Assembly (NCBI GenBank): GCA_965541585.1
Contig: CBEUCH010000001.1
Coordinates: forward strand, 288,001-352,000
Reading direction: 5' to 3'
Origin: an uncultured bacterium
GTDB taxonomy: Bacteria; Zixibacteria; MSB-5A5; UBA10806
DNA: 64,000 nucleotides
Below are positions 47,860 through 57,404 of the stretch, piece after piece. The notes under the pieces were generated by a model, which was not told the origin of the DNA, made no database searches, and was given only the letters and a program-made list of their open reading frames with translations. Positions within the stretch are counted from its first letter, which is position 1. Every line of letters starts with the position of its first letter. The position numbers and the translations under genes are program-made.

Positions 47860-48057
47860 AATACCCTCTCCTGATTATCGAAATATCGTATTCACATTTT
47901 CTATACGAGGTTCAGCAGGTTAGGTTTCTTGTACTATTCCCTCATGGTGGCCATACGAATTGCCTCTTAAGAATTTGACTTAATTACGATGACTTATCTA
48001 TATTCCCCAAATGCGAGACGGATTATCATCCAGATTTCTTCGGAAGCTTTTAAGATC

Positions 48058-48681
48058 ATGACACAGATCATACTGGGAAGCATTTTGCTGAGCGTCGTAC
48101 ACGCGTCAATCCCGAACCACTGGTTGCCATTAGTTGCCATGGCAAATACCGAGAGATGGAGCAGGCTCGAAGCCTTAACGGCAACGGGAATCGCGGGGTT
48201 GGCTCATACGCTCAGCACGATTATCATAGGAATCGTCGTAGGTTTAATCGGGTATGAGCTTTCAGGCAGGTATTCAATGCTTATTTCAATCATAGCGCCA
48301 TCGCTTTTAGTTCTATTGGGGATCGTTTATCTGATTCTTGGCGCCGGACATACCCATCATAATCTTTCCTCACGATTTCAAAAACCCGCTACCAGGCGAA
48401 AATTCCCGATCATATTTACCCTTGCCCTGGCGATGTTTTTCTCGCCCTGTATCGAAATAGAGGCGTATTATTTCTCCGCCGGTGCATTGGGGTGGATGGG
48501 GATAGGAGCGGTATCTGCCATATATCTACTGGTAACCATCTCAGGAATGCTGCTGCTTGTGGATTTCGGCCTTAGAGGCGTAAAGAAATTTAAATCTCAT
48601 TTTCTTGAACGCCACGAGAAAAAGATAACCGGCATAGTCTTGATTGTCCTGGGGATTGCCTCTTATTTCGTAGAGTTATGA
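48058..48681 (+). CDS. Multi-TM membrane protein, NicO/RcnA/HupE-like metal transporter
   Basis: HASIPNHWLP, AHTLST, His-rich loop, FSPCIE, LERHE. Start taken at ATG 48058 (track 47989). Confidence 0.65.
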   Translation: MTQIILGSILLSVVHASIPNHWLPLVAMANTERWSRLEALTATGIAGLAHTLSTIIIGIVVGLIGYELSGRYSMLISIIAPSLLVLLGIVYLILGAGHTHHNLSSRFQKPATRRKFPIIFTLALAMFFSPCIEIEAYYFSAGALGWMGIGAVSAIYLLVTISGMLLLVDFGLRGVKKFKSHFLERHEKKITGIVLIVLGIASYFVEL

Positions 48682-48705
48682 TTCTGCGTGGATTGAGTTT
48701 TCAGA

Positions 48706-48738
48706 GTAATAGTCAAGACCGCAGGGGTCTTGACCTGC
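48706..48738. repeat. REP-like repeat, family C
   Basis: GTAATAGTCAAGACCGCAGGGGTCTTGACCTGC with GTCAAGACC/GGTCTTGAC stem. Confidence 0.75.
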
Positions 48739-48742
48739 GATT

Positions 48743-49861
48743 TTACCTTTCCAAAATATATGGTAAGAAATTGCAGTAAAGAGAATAGGAGAATTCCTCG
48801 CTTTTTCTATTATAATGCTCATCGCTTTCCAGAACACGCGAATAATCGAACCTGAGCCATTCCGGGCCGAGACCGATTCCTACGGACGTATATCGTTGTT
48901 CTCCTATATCATCCTTAAACCGTCCGGCACGCAGATTAATTATATACAGAAACGTGGCCTCAGCTCCGAAAACCCATCTTATTTCGCGGAATTCCGTCTT
49001 AAATCTGTCGTGCGTGTTCACCAACAATTTCAAAGCATCGATCGTAAAACGTAAGCCCAGGTAATCGGCGTCGAGAATTTGATATCCCGCGGCCAGACGC
49101 AAATTCCTGGGAAGAGGGCCGTCCATCGATGGATTATCGAAATAGACATCCGGTCCAATATTAGATAGCGATAGACCAAGAGTTATACCTCTATCCCTTT
49201 CCGCCCGGAAGTACTTTCGGAGGGTTGGATAGTAAACCTCGTCAATTTGAAAGGTGGCCTGGGGGAAATGGCCCTTTGACAGGAAGCCGAAATCAAAGGC
49301 GAATGTCGCTGCCTCTGCATAGGAGGCACCCTCAATCATGGACGGGATTGTGATGTGGACATATTTCAAGCCTGCTCCTATGAAAGTCGATGAACTCGTA
49401 GCAATAGCGCCTGAAAAGCCTATGGAATAATCGCAGAGATTCACGGTCTCTATTAAATTGCCCATTTCGTCGAGGCTCGTGTATTCTCCATAACTCAAAC
49501 GGTTATAGTTAAACCCGTAATATCCCCATTTACCGAAATCGCGCGAGAGATATACGCTTTTTAGCGAATAATCGTCCGTTAAGGTGGGCCATATCCCAGT
49601 ATAATTGAATTCGCCTGATATTATACCGCTTCCTACGAGATTGGCCGGATTGTAATAGGCCGATACGGCGCCCGCCGAGTATACGCTTCCGCCGCCAGCC
49701 ATGCTTCGGCCTCTGGCGTCGGGAATTTCCAGCAGGAAATTGGCCTGGGTCCGAGTTATCTGGGCCGGACAAACCGCAGCATGAAAAGTTATACAGGTAA
49801 TTAGTATAATCGCGGCAAACAAGACTCTCCCGATAACCTGTTTGGTCCGCGTATTGTTCAT
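48743..49861 (-). CDS. PorV/PorQ-family outer membrane protein (T9SS-associated, FadL-like barrel)
   Basis: ANFLLEIPDARGRSMAG, AYYNPA, GAGLKY, FAFDFG, LSNIGP, LPRNLRL, GAE..LRAG. Confidence 0.8.
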   Translation of the reverse strand: MNNTRTKQVIGRVLFAAIILITCITFHAAVCPAQITRTQANFLLEIPDARGRSMAGGGSVYSAGAVSAYYNPANLVGSGIISGEFNYTGIWPTLTDDYSLKSVYLSRDFGKWGYYGFNYNRLSYGEYTSLDEMGNLIETVNLCDYSIGFSGAIATSSSTFIGAGLKYVHITIPSMIEGASYAEAATFAFDFGFLSKGHFPQATFQIDEVYYPTLRKYFRAERDRGITLGLSLSNIGPDVYFDNPSMDGPLPRNLRLAAGYQILDADYLGLRFTIDALKLLVNTHDRFKTEFREIRWVFGAEATFLYIINLRAGRFKDDIGEQRYTSVGIGLGPEWLRFDYSRVLESDEHYNRKSEEFSYSLYCNFLPYILER

Positions 49862-49982
49862 AATAGAACCCCTCTTATAAGTCTAATGCGACTTACTCCC
49901 GTAGAATTATACGTTATTTTGATAGTACGGTTCAAGGGGTATATTTTCTTATCCCTCAGGATGGGGCCTCGACGTCGTGAGG

Positions 49983-50015
49983 GTAATAGTCAAGACTAAA
50001 GGGGTCTTGACCTGC
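49983..50015. repeat. REP-like repeat, family C
   Basis: GTAATAGTCAAGACTAAAGGGGTCTTGACCTGC, 30 of 33 bases identical to 48706-48738. Confidence 0.75.
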
Positions 50016-50153
50016 CTTTTTTGGAAGTTCTATTTCCCGTCAGGTCAGGCTACGCCTACGACTTGACGGAACAGGAATAAAATGGTCTCCTGATACTGAT
50101 CCATTTAATAGATTTTATAAGATCTAAAGATCCCAAACATCCTGAAGAATCAT

Positions 50154-50224
50154 CTGGGGTACAGGGACTCGAACCCCGATCCTACGGTCCAGAGCCGCAT
50201 GTCCTACCGTTGGACGATACCCCA
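50154..50224 (-). tRNA. tRNA-Gln (anticodon CTG), CCA not encoded
   Basis: Minus strand TGGGGTA acceptor stem, D arm GTCC-AACGGTA-GGAC, anticodon loop CT-CTG-GA, GGTTCGAGTCC T arm. Confidence 0.95.
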
Positions 50225-50331
50225 TAAAAATGAATGTCTTTTGATAGGCTGCACAGCTAAAGGGGGGAAGATATCTGTAACATGCCTCCAAAAGACAATC
50301 ACCTAATATATACGTAATTTGCCTCAAAAAG

Positions 50332-51786
50332 TCAACTATTTTTGTTAATATTTTCATGGATAAATCGTATGGCTCTTTCCAGTCTATTCACACATTCATC
50401 GTTTCCCAGAAGCTCCATCATATCGAAAAGGGGCGGCCCGGTGGTCATCCCCGATAATGCCAGCCTGCTGGGGTGAATCAGAAGAGCCGGTTTGATTTCC
50501 AGCTTCTCCGCGAGTCCCCTCAGCTTCTCCTCGAGGATATTAGCGGAAAAATCATCGACCTGACGGAGAATATCGACCCAATTCTCCAATCGTGCGGCGA
50601 CATCCTGGTCCGCGAAATGCTTTTTGACACCTTTGGGTTCGTAGTCGAACCGATCTATGAAGAAGAATCGGCCCCGTTCGACGAAATCGGTCAGGAGATG
50701 GCATCGTTCCTTTAAGATAGATACGAATTTCATCATCCAGTCCCAGCGGGTGTTGATCCAGAGATGGGTGGTCAGGCCGGCCTCGATCATAAACGGCCTG
50801 ATAAGATCGACCAGCCTGCTGTCATCGCAGGCCCTGATATACTCGCCGTTCATCCATCGCAGTTTCTCAATATCGAAGATGGCATTAGGTGCGTTTATAC
50901 GGTCGAGGGAGAACGACTCGATCATCTCGTCGAGCGACATCACCTCGCGGTCATCGCCCGGCGACCAGCCTAATAGGGCGATGAAATTGACCACCGCTTC
51001 TTTCAAGTATCCCTGTTTTTCGTAATCGGTAACGGCGGCAGCGCCCTCCCGTTTGGACATTTTCGAGCGATCCTTGGCGAGAATAAGGGGAACATGTGCG
51101 AATTTCGGCGGCACGATTTCCAGAGCCCGGTAGATGAGGATCTGCTTGAAGGTGTTGGAAACGTGGTCATTGCCGCGGATCACATGGGAGATCCGCATCT
51201 CGTGATCGTCCACGACCACCGCCATATTGTAGACGGCTCGCCCGTCGGATCTGGCAATGATGAAATCATCGAGCTCTTTATGCTCCTTGGTGATTTCCCC
51301 CAGCGCCAGGTCGTGAAAAGCAGTGCTACCGTCCGGCAGAAGCAGCCTGACGGCGTACGGCTCTCCCGATTTTAAGAGCTTACTTTTTTCCTCCTCCGGG
51401 AGATTCAGACAATGCCGGTCATAGCGGGGAGTGAGTTTTTTTTGACGCGCCTCCTCCTGCTTTCGCTTCAGAATTTCCGGTTTGCACCAGCATCGGAAAG
51501 CATTACCCGAATCAAGCAACCGGTCAACATACGTCCGGTAAGTATCGAGCCTCTGCGACTGGTAAACCGGCTCCTCGTCCCAGTCCAGACCGAGCCATTT
51601 TAAAGAATCGAAAATAATATCGATCATTTCCTTCGAGGATCGTTCGATATCGGTATCCTCTATTCGCAGCAGGAACTTGCCGCCATGATGCCGTGCAAAC
51701 AGCCAGTTGAAGAGTGCCGACCGCGCCGTGCCGATATGAATAAACCCTGTCGGCGACGGGGCTATTCTGACTCTGATCTCACTCAT
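50332..51786 (-). CDS. gltX: Glutamate--tRNA ligase
   Basis: RIAPSPTGFIHIG, LRIEDTD, HVIRGNDH, KMSKR, LLGWS. Confidence 0.96.
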   Translation of the reverse strand: MSEIRVRIAPSPTGFIHIGTARSALFNWLFARHHGGKFLLRIEDTDIERSSKEMIDIIFDSLKWLGLDWDEEPVYQSQRLDTYRTYVDRLLDSGNAFRCWCKPEILKRKQEEARQKKLTPRYDRHCLNLPEEEKSKLLKSGEPYAVRLLLPDGSTAFHDLALGEITKEHKELDDFIIARSDGRAVYNMAVVVDDHEMRISHVIRGNDHVSNTFKQILIYRALEIVPPKFAHVPLILAKDRSKMSKREGAAAVTDYEKQGYLKEAVVNFIALLGWSPGDDREVMSLDEMIESFSLDRINAPNAIFDIEKLRWMNGEYIRACDDSRLVDLIRPFMIEAGLTTHLWINTRWDWMMKFVSILKERCHLLTDFVERGRFFFIDRFDYEPKGVKKHFADQDVAARLENWVDILRQVDDFSANILEEKLRGLAEKLEIKPALLIHPSRLALSGMTTGPPLFDMMELLGNDECVNRLERAIRFIHENINKNS

Positions 51787-51834
51787 TGCTATCCTCTAAG
51801 GTATCTGATAATGCAAAACCGCCTCTCGCTCTCG

Positions 51835-51863
51835 AAATTACCTTCGATTCTGACCGTTGTCAA
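51835..51863 (-). promoter_or_regulatory. sigma70-type promoter for gltX
   Basis: Minus strand TTGACA-N17-TAATTT. Confidence 0.5.
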
Positions 51864-51883
51864 TTCCATATGTTTGTACTGAT

Positions 51884-51912
51884 TTGACAAAATTGTCGAT
51901 GTTTGATATAAT
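51884..51912 (+). promoter_or_regulatory. Consensus sigma70 promoter for the ferritin-like gene
   Basis: TTGACA-N17-TATAAT, perfect match. Confidence 0.75.
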
Positions 51913-51958
51913 TTTAAAGTAAACTCTTTAGTGAAATGATCCAGGAGGAGGTGATGAT

Positions 51959-52387
51959 ATGGCGATAACCATGGAAAAGATGCTGGAGCTACTCAATAAA
52001 GATCTCGAATGGGAATATGCGGCGGCGATTCAATATGTTCAGCACGCCGCTGTCATGACAGGCGCCCAGTATGAATCGATAATAAAGGAGCTTGCTATTC
52101 ATTCCAATGAGGAGATGGCGCATGCGCTGTCTCTTTCGGAGCAGATAGATTTCTACGGCGGCGTCCCGACCGTGAAAGTGGAAAAGATCAAAGTTGCCAA
52201 GGATACTTTATCGATGTTAAAAGACGATCTTGCCGGCGAGGAGGACGCCGTACGTCGCTATAAAGAGCGGATCTCCCAGGCCGAGGAAATGAAGGAATAC
52301 GGCCTCCGTCGGATTTTAGAGGATATACTCATAACCGAGGAAGAACATAAACGCGATCTATTAACAGTAGTTGACGAGAGCAGCTAA
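51959..52387 (+). CDS. Ferritin-like (bacterioferritin-type) di-iron protein
   Basis: E..A..QY, EEMAH, E..A...Y, EEEH ferroxidase pattern. Confidence 0.88.
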   Translation: MAITMEKMLELLNKDLEWEYAAAIQYVQHAAVMTGAQYESIIKELAIHSNEEMAHALSLSEQIDFYGGVPTVKVEKIKVAKDTLSMLKDDLAGEEDAVRRYKERISQAEEMKEYGLRRILEDILITEEEHKRDLLTVVDESS

Positions 52388-52619
52388 GCCGCCAACGCCT
52401 AACGGCTTTCATGTCTTTAAGTTAGGCGGAACTACGAGGATCTGCTCTTTATTGAATATGACTTGGAGGAGGATTTGCATTTTCGGGCACAATTTCGGGG
52501 GAAATCTCGTATACTAAAATGTATTGACGAGATTCAATTACTTAAGGTCCGGAATGTCATACCTGTTCTGATTGTGACAGGCTGTTCCGGGGTGTTGCCC
52601 CCTCTCAAGGAGGATAAAC

Positions 52620-53138
52620 ATGCTAAAAGCGCTTGCTAACGAGTTGAGAAACCTGGCGGATACCGCCGGCGATCAGTTTGAAGAGGCTATCCGAATACGG
52701 CTGGATGGTAAGACGACCGAGGAACAGGTAAGCAAATTAAAAGAATTCATTTTTCTTTTACCGCCGATCTTAAAGCAGTTAAGCGGATACTGGAATGAAA
52801 AATCGACACCGACGAAGGCCAAAGAGATAAGCGGGCTGATCATCAGCTATATCCTGCAGCCGGACGATCTCCTTCCGGAGAAAAACCTGGGGCTATTCGG
52901 ATATCTCGACGATGCATATGTGGTGGTTTCCGCTTTTTTGAGAATTCAGGACCTTTACCTGCGGGATTGGCAGGACAAAACGGATGAGGAGCGGGAACTT
53001 GCCCGGAGAGCCCGGGATCTCATGGTAGCCCCCAGGATCGTGATACCTGATGAAGTCGCCAAGATCGACAAAATGCTCGATTCGTTCATGAGCGGTGAAA
53101 CCGGCAGCTTTCAGGAGTTTCTGCAGGGCTCCAAATAG
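52620..53138 (+). CDS. YkvA/DUF1232 family protein
   Basis: YILQPDDLLPE..GLFGYLDD. Confidence 0.8.
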   Translation: MLKALANELRNLADTAGDQFEEAIRIRLDGKTTEEQVSKLKEFIFLLPPILKQLSGYWNEKSTPTKAKEISGLIISYILQPDDLLPEKNLGLFGYLDDAYVVVSAFLRIQDLYLRDWQDKTDEERELARRARDLMVAPRIVIPDEVAKIDKMLDSFMSGETGSFQEFLQGSK

Positions 53139-53275
53139 GTGCGGCCGTAGCGATATATCCAGCAGAATCCTGTAAAAAGGCAATCAAAATAGATCTATAT
53201 CTGGTTTTTTGGGTTTGGATATGAATCCGCCATATATTACAATGTCGAAGGAACATTTGAGTGAAAGGGGATCTT

Positions 53276-53605
53276 ATGTGGAAATGTAATGTTTGCGGTT
53301 ATATTCATGAGGGTGATGGACCTCCGGATAAATGTCCCAAGTGCGGCGCACCTAGGGAGAAGATCGAAAAACTGGATGACGCCGCCGCTGAATTGGTCAT
53401 ACGCTCGCGGCAAACCAATGCGCTTCATTTAGAGCTTTTACCGCTGCTTGAGGATATGGTCGATATTGCAGAGGAAGGCATCGAGGATAACCTCGATCCC
53501 GGATGCGTGAAGATATTTACCCGGGCAAAGGAAACGGGCGAGGTTCTGATCGGTTCAGTCAACGCCGAACTGGCAGGCCATATGAAAAAGGGTAAGTGGG
53601 GTTAA
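53276..53605 (+). CDS. Rubredoxin-like domain protein
   Basis: WKCNVCGYIHEG..PPDKCPKCGA. ATG 53276 preferred (track 53261). Confidence 0.85.
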   Translation: MWKCNVCGYIHEGDGPPDKCPKCGAPREKIEKLDDAAAELVIRSRQTNALHLELLPLLEDMVDIAEEGIEDNLDPGCVKIFTRAKETGEVLIGSVNAELAGHMKKGKWG

Positions 53606-53711
53606 TAACTGGCCTGAATTAAGCGGAAGAAACCGGATATCCGAACCAGTGCCTTATCCTGGAATTATATAGCTTATGAATAAGTAACCGGCGGGTTTTA
53701 TAAAACAGAGT

Positions 53712-54350
53712 CTATTTCCCGCCCTTTACATCAAGTTTCGCTGTATAGCCGGTAGTGCCGGAATAGCTGAATTCTTTGTCCTCGCTATCGTGTTGAAGCG
53801 TAACGGATTTATACTGCGTATGGTCATTCAGACGAGGGAAAGGGAGACCTTCCGCAGGAAGATTTTGGATCTTGATAGGCTCCCCATTTGTCCCCTTTAG
53901 CACTTCTATTTCGACAGTGGAGCCGGGCACGGAAAACTTGATATTATTTGCAGTCCGCTCAACCGATATAGGAGCTTTCACGCTTGATAGGATTTCCATC
54001 CCGCCGAGTCCATAGGCTTCTTCGAATAATTGTCCTATGGCTTTGACCTGTTCGTCGGTGGCCTCTTCGCCTGCCGTATACTTCACCCATTTTCCAAAGC
54101 TGCCGGTGTAAACGAAAGATAGGCCGTTAAGATCGACATCCCCGAAGTGGCTTTCGCTGATTTCGACTAGCCCTACAAAATCGCAATGGTCAAGGGTTGG
54201 CGGGGAGCCAAAAAGGCATGGGCAGGTTGGATTACAACTGCAGCTTTCAGCTATATCCGCCTTGAGCACCCATTCCTCGGCGCCAGTTGATACTGCCATC
54301 GCTGCCAGAAGAGCCAGTGCCAATCCCCATGTTAGGAATTGCTTTTGCAT
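53712..54350 (-). CDS. DUF1326 family exported metal-binding protein, copy 1
   Basis: Signal peptide, ESCSC...CPC....PT...C, FGDVDLNGL, ATDEQ. Confidence 0.8.
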   Translation of the reverse strand: MQKQFLTWGLALALLAAMAVSTGAEEWVLKADIAESCSCNPTCPCLFGSPPTLDHCDFVGLVEISESHFGDVDLNGLSFVYTGSFGKWVKYTAGEEATDEQVKAIGQLFEEAYGLGGMEILSSVKAPISVERTANNIKFSVPGSTVEIEVLKGTNGEPIKIQNLPAEGLPFPRLNDHTQYKSVTLQHDSEDKEFSYSGTTGYTAKLDVKGGK

Positions 54351-54395
54351 GATGAACCTCCTTTAGTTTTGACGTGTCTGTACACCGCGTTGAAT

Positions 54396-55022
54396 CTATT
54401 TCGCGCTGGAAGCTTCGATTCTTGTGGTTGAGCCGTTTTTGCTGGAGTAGCTGAACTCTTTGTCACTGCTCTTATGGCTGTTTGTGATCGTCTTGTATTG
54501 CGTGAAATCACTTTCTTCAGGAACAGGAAGGTTTTGAATCTTTATTGGCTTCCCATCGAGTCCTTCCACCATTTCGATTTCCACGGTAGAGGCAGGAACA
54601 GAGAAGCTAACCTTGTTTGCCGCCCGCTCAGTTGACACCGGAACCTTCTCGTTTGATAAGACTTTCATACCGGCGAGAAACGAAATGGAATTCATCAGCA
54701 GCTGTTCTGCGGCTTTTGCCTGTTCATCTGTAGCGCTTTCACTTACATAGAACTTCACCCAATCTCCCACGCGGACGGTCATGACCACGGGTATCCCGTC
54801 AAGACGAACGTCCCCATAATGACCTTCCTCTATTTCGGTTAACACATTGGCCTCGCAATAACCAAGCGTAGGTGGAGAACCGAAACGGCAGGGGCAAGGG
54901 ACATCGCAACTACAGGCGGAAGCTTGATCCGCTTTAATCGCCCAATCCTGGGCGCCAGCTGAACATGCCATGCCTGTCAGAAGAGCCAGTGTCAATCCCC
55001 ATGTTAGGAATTGCTTTTGCAT
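54396..55022 (-). CDS. DUF1326 family exported metal-binding protein, copy 2
   Basis: ACSCDVPCPCRFGSPPTLGYC, YGDVRLDG, ATDEQ; paralog of copy 1. Confidence 0.8.
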   Translation of the reverse strand: MQKQFLTWGLTLALLTGMACSAGAQDWAIKADQASACSCDVPCPCRFGSPPTLGYCEANVLTEIEEGHYGDVRLDGIPVVMTVRVGDWVKFYVSESATDEQAKAAEQLLMNSISFLAGMKVLSNEKVPVSTERAANKVSFSVPASTVEIEMVEGLDGKPIKIQNLPVPEESDFTQYKTITNSHKSSDKEFSYSSKNGSTTRIEASSAK

Positions 55023-55167
55023 GATGAACCTCCTTTAGTTTTGGATGCCTATATCTCAGAGCGCCACAATATTAGCTGAATTACAGTCCGGTGTCAATAA
55101 TAAATATTGTTAGGAAACTCGGAAGCAGTTCAGCGCCGGGGGAACCTGAAATCGCCATGATTTCAAT

Positions 55168-55238
55168 CTGGTAACCAAGCGCTGCTTGGTTACTTTTACG
55201 GTCTGATATGGGTTGCCAAGCAGGCGCTTGGCAACCAG
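55168..55238. repeat. Pair of family B REP-like palindromes in inverted arrangement
   Basis: CTGGTAACCAAGC-GCT-GCTTGGTTAC (55168-55193) and GGTTGCCAAGC-AGGC-GCTTGGCAACCAG (55211-55238). Confidence 0.75.
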
Positions 55239-55413
55239 CGGCAAAAATCCCCATGATTGACGAAGCATCAGGCCGCCGTTTGTTGATAAACTCAAGCGGC
55301 ATTTACCCAGAATGCGCTTTTTTGCATGAAATGGAGTTGCGATTTTGGCGTCAAAGTTTTAGTTTAGCGCCGATGGAAATGGATCTTATTTTACAAGACG
55401 ATAAGGAGACAGT

Positions 55414-56547
55414 GTGATGGCAGACAAGAAGGCAGACCTGGCCGGCCCCGGTATCGGCGACTATAACGAACTGAAGAAAATTCTCCCACAGGATTACAAA
55501 TCTCTATTGACACCGAAAGAGACCATGCAGGCCCTCTTTGCCGTGAAAGGCTATATCGAGGAGAACCTGTGCAAGGAACTCAATTTGATGATGGTTCAGG
55601 TTCCTTTGATCGTGGATGTTAAGAGCGGCGTCAACGACGACCTGGATCGTGACGGGTCACGAACCCCGATACAATTCCACATTTCAAACGACTACGACAA
55701 GAATCCGATCGATGCCCAGGTGGTGCAGGCGGCCACCAAGTGGAAGCGTGTGGCTTTGCAGCAGTTCGGCATGAAGGTCGGCGAGGGTTTGTGCACCGAT
55801 ATGAAGGCTATCCGCAAGGATTATTTCTTAGATCACGATCACAGCGCCTACGTGGATCAATGGGACTGGGAGCGCGTGATAAGCGAGGATCATCGTAAGC
55901 TGGATTACCTGACGGGTGTGGTGAAGAAGATCTGGAAGGTCCTCAAGGGCGCCGAGACCTTTGCCCAGGAGCTTTTCCCCCAGTTGAAGACGGATAAATA
56001 CCCCGATCTGCCGCAGGAGCTTACTTTCCTGCATGCCGAGGAGATCCTCGAGAGATACCCCGATCTGCCGCGCAAGCAGCGCGAAACTGCGATATTACAG
56101 GAATACCCCGCTGTCTTTATCTACGGGATCGGCTGGGTGCTCAAGGACGGCTATCCTCACGAGATGAGGGCGGCTGACTATGATGACTGGGTAACGGAGA
56201 CGACATCGGCGGACGGCAAGCCGATGCATGGTTTAAACGGCGATATTCTCGTCTGGAATCATGTGACGAAACGTCGCCACGAGCTGACCTCCATGGGCGT
56301 CCGGGTAAACAAGAAGACCCTGGTACAGCAGCTTGAAATAACCGGCCAGACCGATTTTCTAAAATTGCCCTATCACCAGGCGATAATGAACGATGAGATT
56401 CCGCTTTCCATCGGCGGGGGAATCGGGCAGTCGCGCACCTATATGGCGCTCCTCAAGAAAGCACATCTTGGAGAGGTCAGCGTAACCGTCTGGCCGAAGA
56501 TACTCAAGGATATGTGTGCTGAGAAACATATACACGTTTTGGAATAG
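55414..56547 (+). CDS. asnA: Aspartate--ammonia ligase (asparagine synthetase A)
   Basis: SGVNDDL, KWKR, GLCTDMKAIR, HSAYVDQWDWE, RAADYDDW, LNGDILVW, SIGGGIGQSR, HLGEV. Confidence 0.93.
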   Translation: MMADKKADLAGPGIGDYNELKKILPQDYKSLLTPKETMQALFAVKGYIEENLCKELNLMMVQVPLIVDVKSGVNDDLDRDGSRTPIQFHISNDYDKNPIDAQVVQAATKWKRVALQQFGMKVGEGLCTDMKAIRKDYFLDHDHSAYVDQWDWERVISEDHRKLDYLTGVVKKIWKVLKGAETFAQELFPQLKTDKYPDLPQELTFLHAEEILERYPDLPRKQRETAILQEYPAVFIYGIGWVLKDGYPHEMRAADYDDWVTETTSADGKPMHGLNGDILVWNHVTKRRHELTSMGVRVNKKTLVQQLEITGQTDFLKLPYHQAIMNDEIPLSIGGGIGQSRTYMALLKKAHLGEVSVTVWPKILKDMCAEKHIHVLE

Positions 56548-56562
56548 AGGGAATACGCTAAT

Positions 56563-56590
56563 TGGTTACCAAGCGGCGCTTGGTAACCAG
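56563..56590. repeat. REP-like palindrome, family B
   Basis: TGGTTACCAAGCG-G-CGCTTGGTAACCA-G. Confidence 0.8.
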
Positions 56591-56613
56591 GCCTGAAGAA
56601 TCGTTAGTCGAAT

Positions 56614-56645
56614 GCCGCCCGGTGGCCTCATCGGACGGCTTTTTT
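56614..56645 (+). terminator. Rho-independent terminator after asnA
   Basis: GC-rich imperfect stem GCCG..CGGC followed by T6. Confidence 0.55.
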
Positions 56646-56739
56646 GTTGGCGCACCGAGAGGTACGCCAACCACCGAAAAACAGGCCTCTACCGCGTCAG
56701 GATGTTATTACCATTTCCATCCTGACGCATGACAAGACT

Positions 56740-57396
56740 CTAATTATCTTGCGCCCCTTGCTCTATCCAATCGCGGATCAACTGAATTGTGGCTTGGGGA
56801 AGTGGTGAGCGTTCGAATGGCATCTGCGGCGTAATCCTGCCTTCGAGTCTTTTTATTATGATACTATTCTGGGGATCTCCGGTTATCACTACCGCCCCGG
56901 AGTTTCCACCCTGCATGAGGGTCGAGTAGCTATTCAATCGTAAGCCGTTGGAGCTTCCCCCGATATGGCATTGTGGCCCGCCACAGTTGTTGTTGAAAAT
57001 AGGCTGGATCTCTGCTGAGTATGATATCAGGGATATCGCCGGTACGATCGAAACCGATACTATCAGCGTAGTTGTGAGAAAATCATCAGAGGCCACCACA
57101 GTGAACGAGGTATCGGGGGTCTCGGCCGTTGGCGTTCCCGAGATTACGTTTCCGGATGTGTCCATCCAGCCGGGCACATTTTCAAAGCCGATAGACGGCG
57201 TGGTGCCGTCGGGATCGCTGGCCGTCGCGGTGTAACTGAATAGCTCGTCAAAAACCGCCTCCACCGATGATGACGACGTTATCTGTGGAGGTCTGTTTTC
57301 CGGATCGGTGCCTTTGTCTGAACATGAAAGGAAAATAATTGCGGTGCCCGCCAGGATAAGGGCTAATCTCAAAAATGTCAGTTTTCTTGCAGTCAT
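56740..57396 (-). CDS. Lipoprotein with Ig/cadherin-like domain and planctomycete-type cytochrome c domain
   Basis: Lipobox FLSC; NRPPQITS..YTATASDPDG; IQPIF...CGGPQCH...GDPQNS...QMP...IRDWIEQGA. Confidence 0.8.
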   Translation of the reverse strand: MTARKLTFLRLALILAGTAIIFLSCSDKGTDPENRPPQITSSSSVEAVFDELFSYTATASDPDGTTPSIGFENVPGWMDTSGNVISGTPTAETPDTSFTVVASDDFLTTTLIVSVSIVPAISLISYSAEIQPIFNNNCGGPQCHIGGSSNGLRLNSYSTLMQGGNSGAVVITGDPQNSIIIKRLEGRITPQMPFERSPLPQATIQLIRDWIEQGAQDN

Positions 57397-57404
57397 TGCG
57401 CCTC

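Noticed and set aside
42691..50154. tRNA-integrated genomic island
   Set aside because: No integrase, and I could not find a duplicated tRNA-Gln 3' end.
50124..50357. 77-aa minus-strand ORF
   Set aside because: It overlaps the tRNA-Gln gene; spurious.
51959..52387. Encapsulin cargo ferritin
   Set aside because: No C-terminal targeting peptide and no encapsulin shell gene nearby.
55240..55413. T-box leader for asnA
   Set aside because: No T-box consensus or terminator/antiterminator pair visible.
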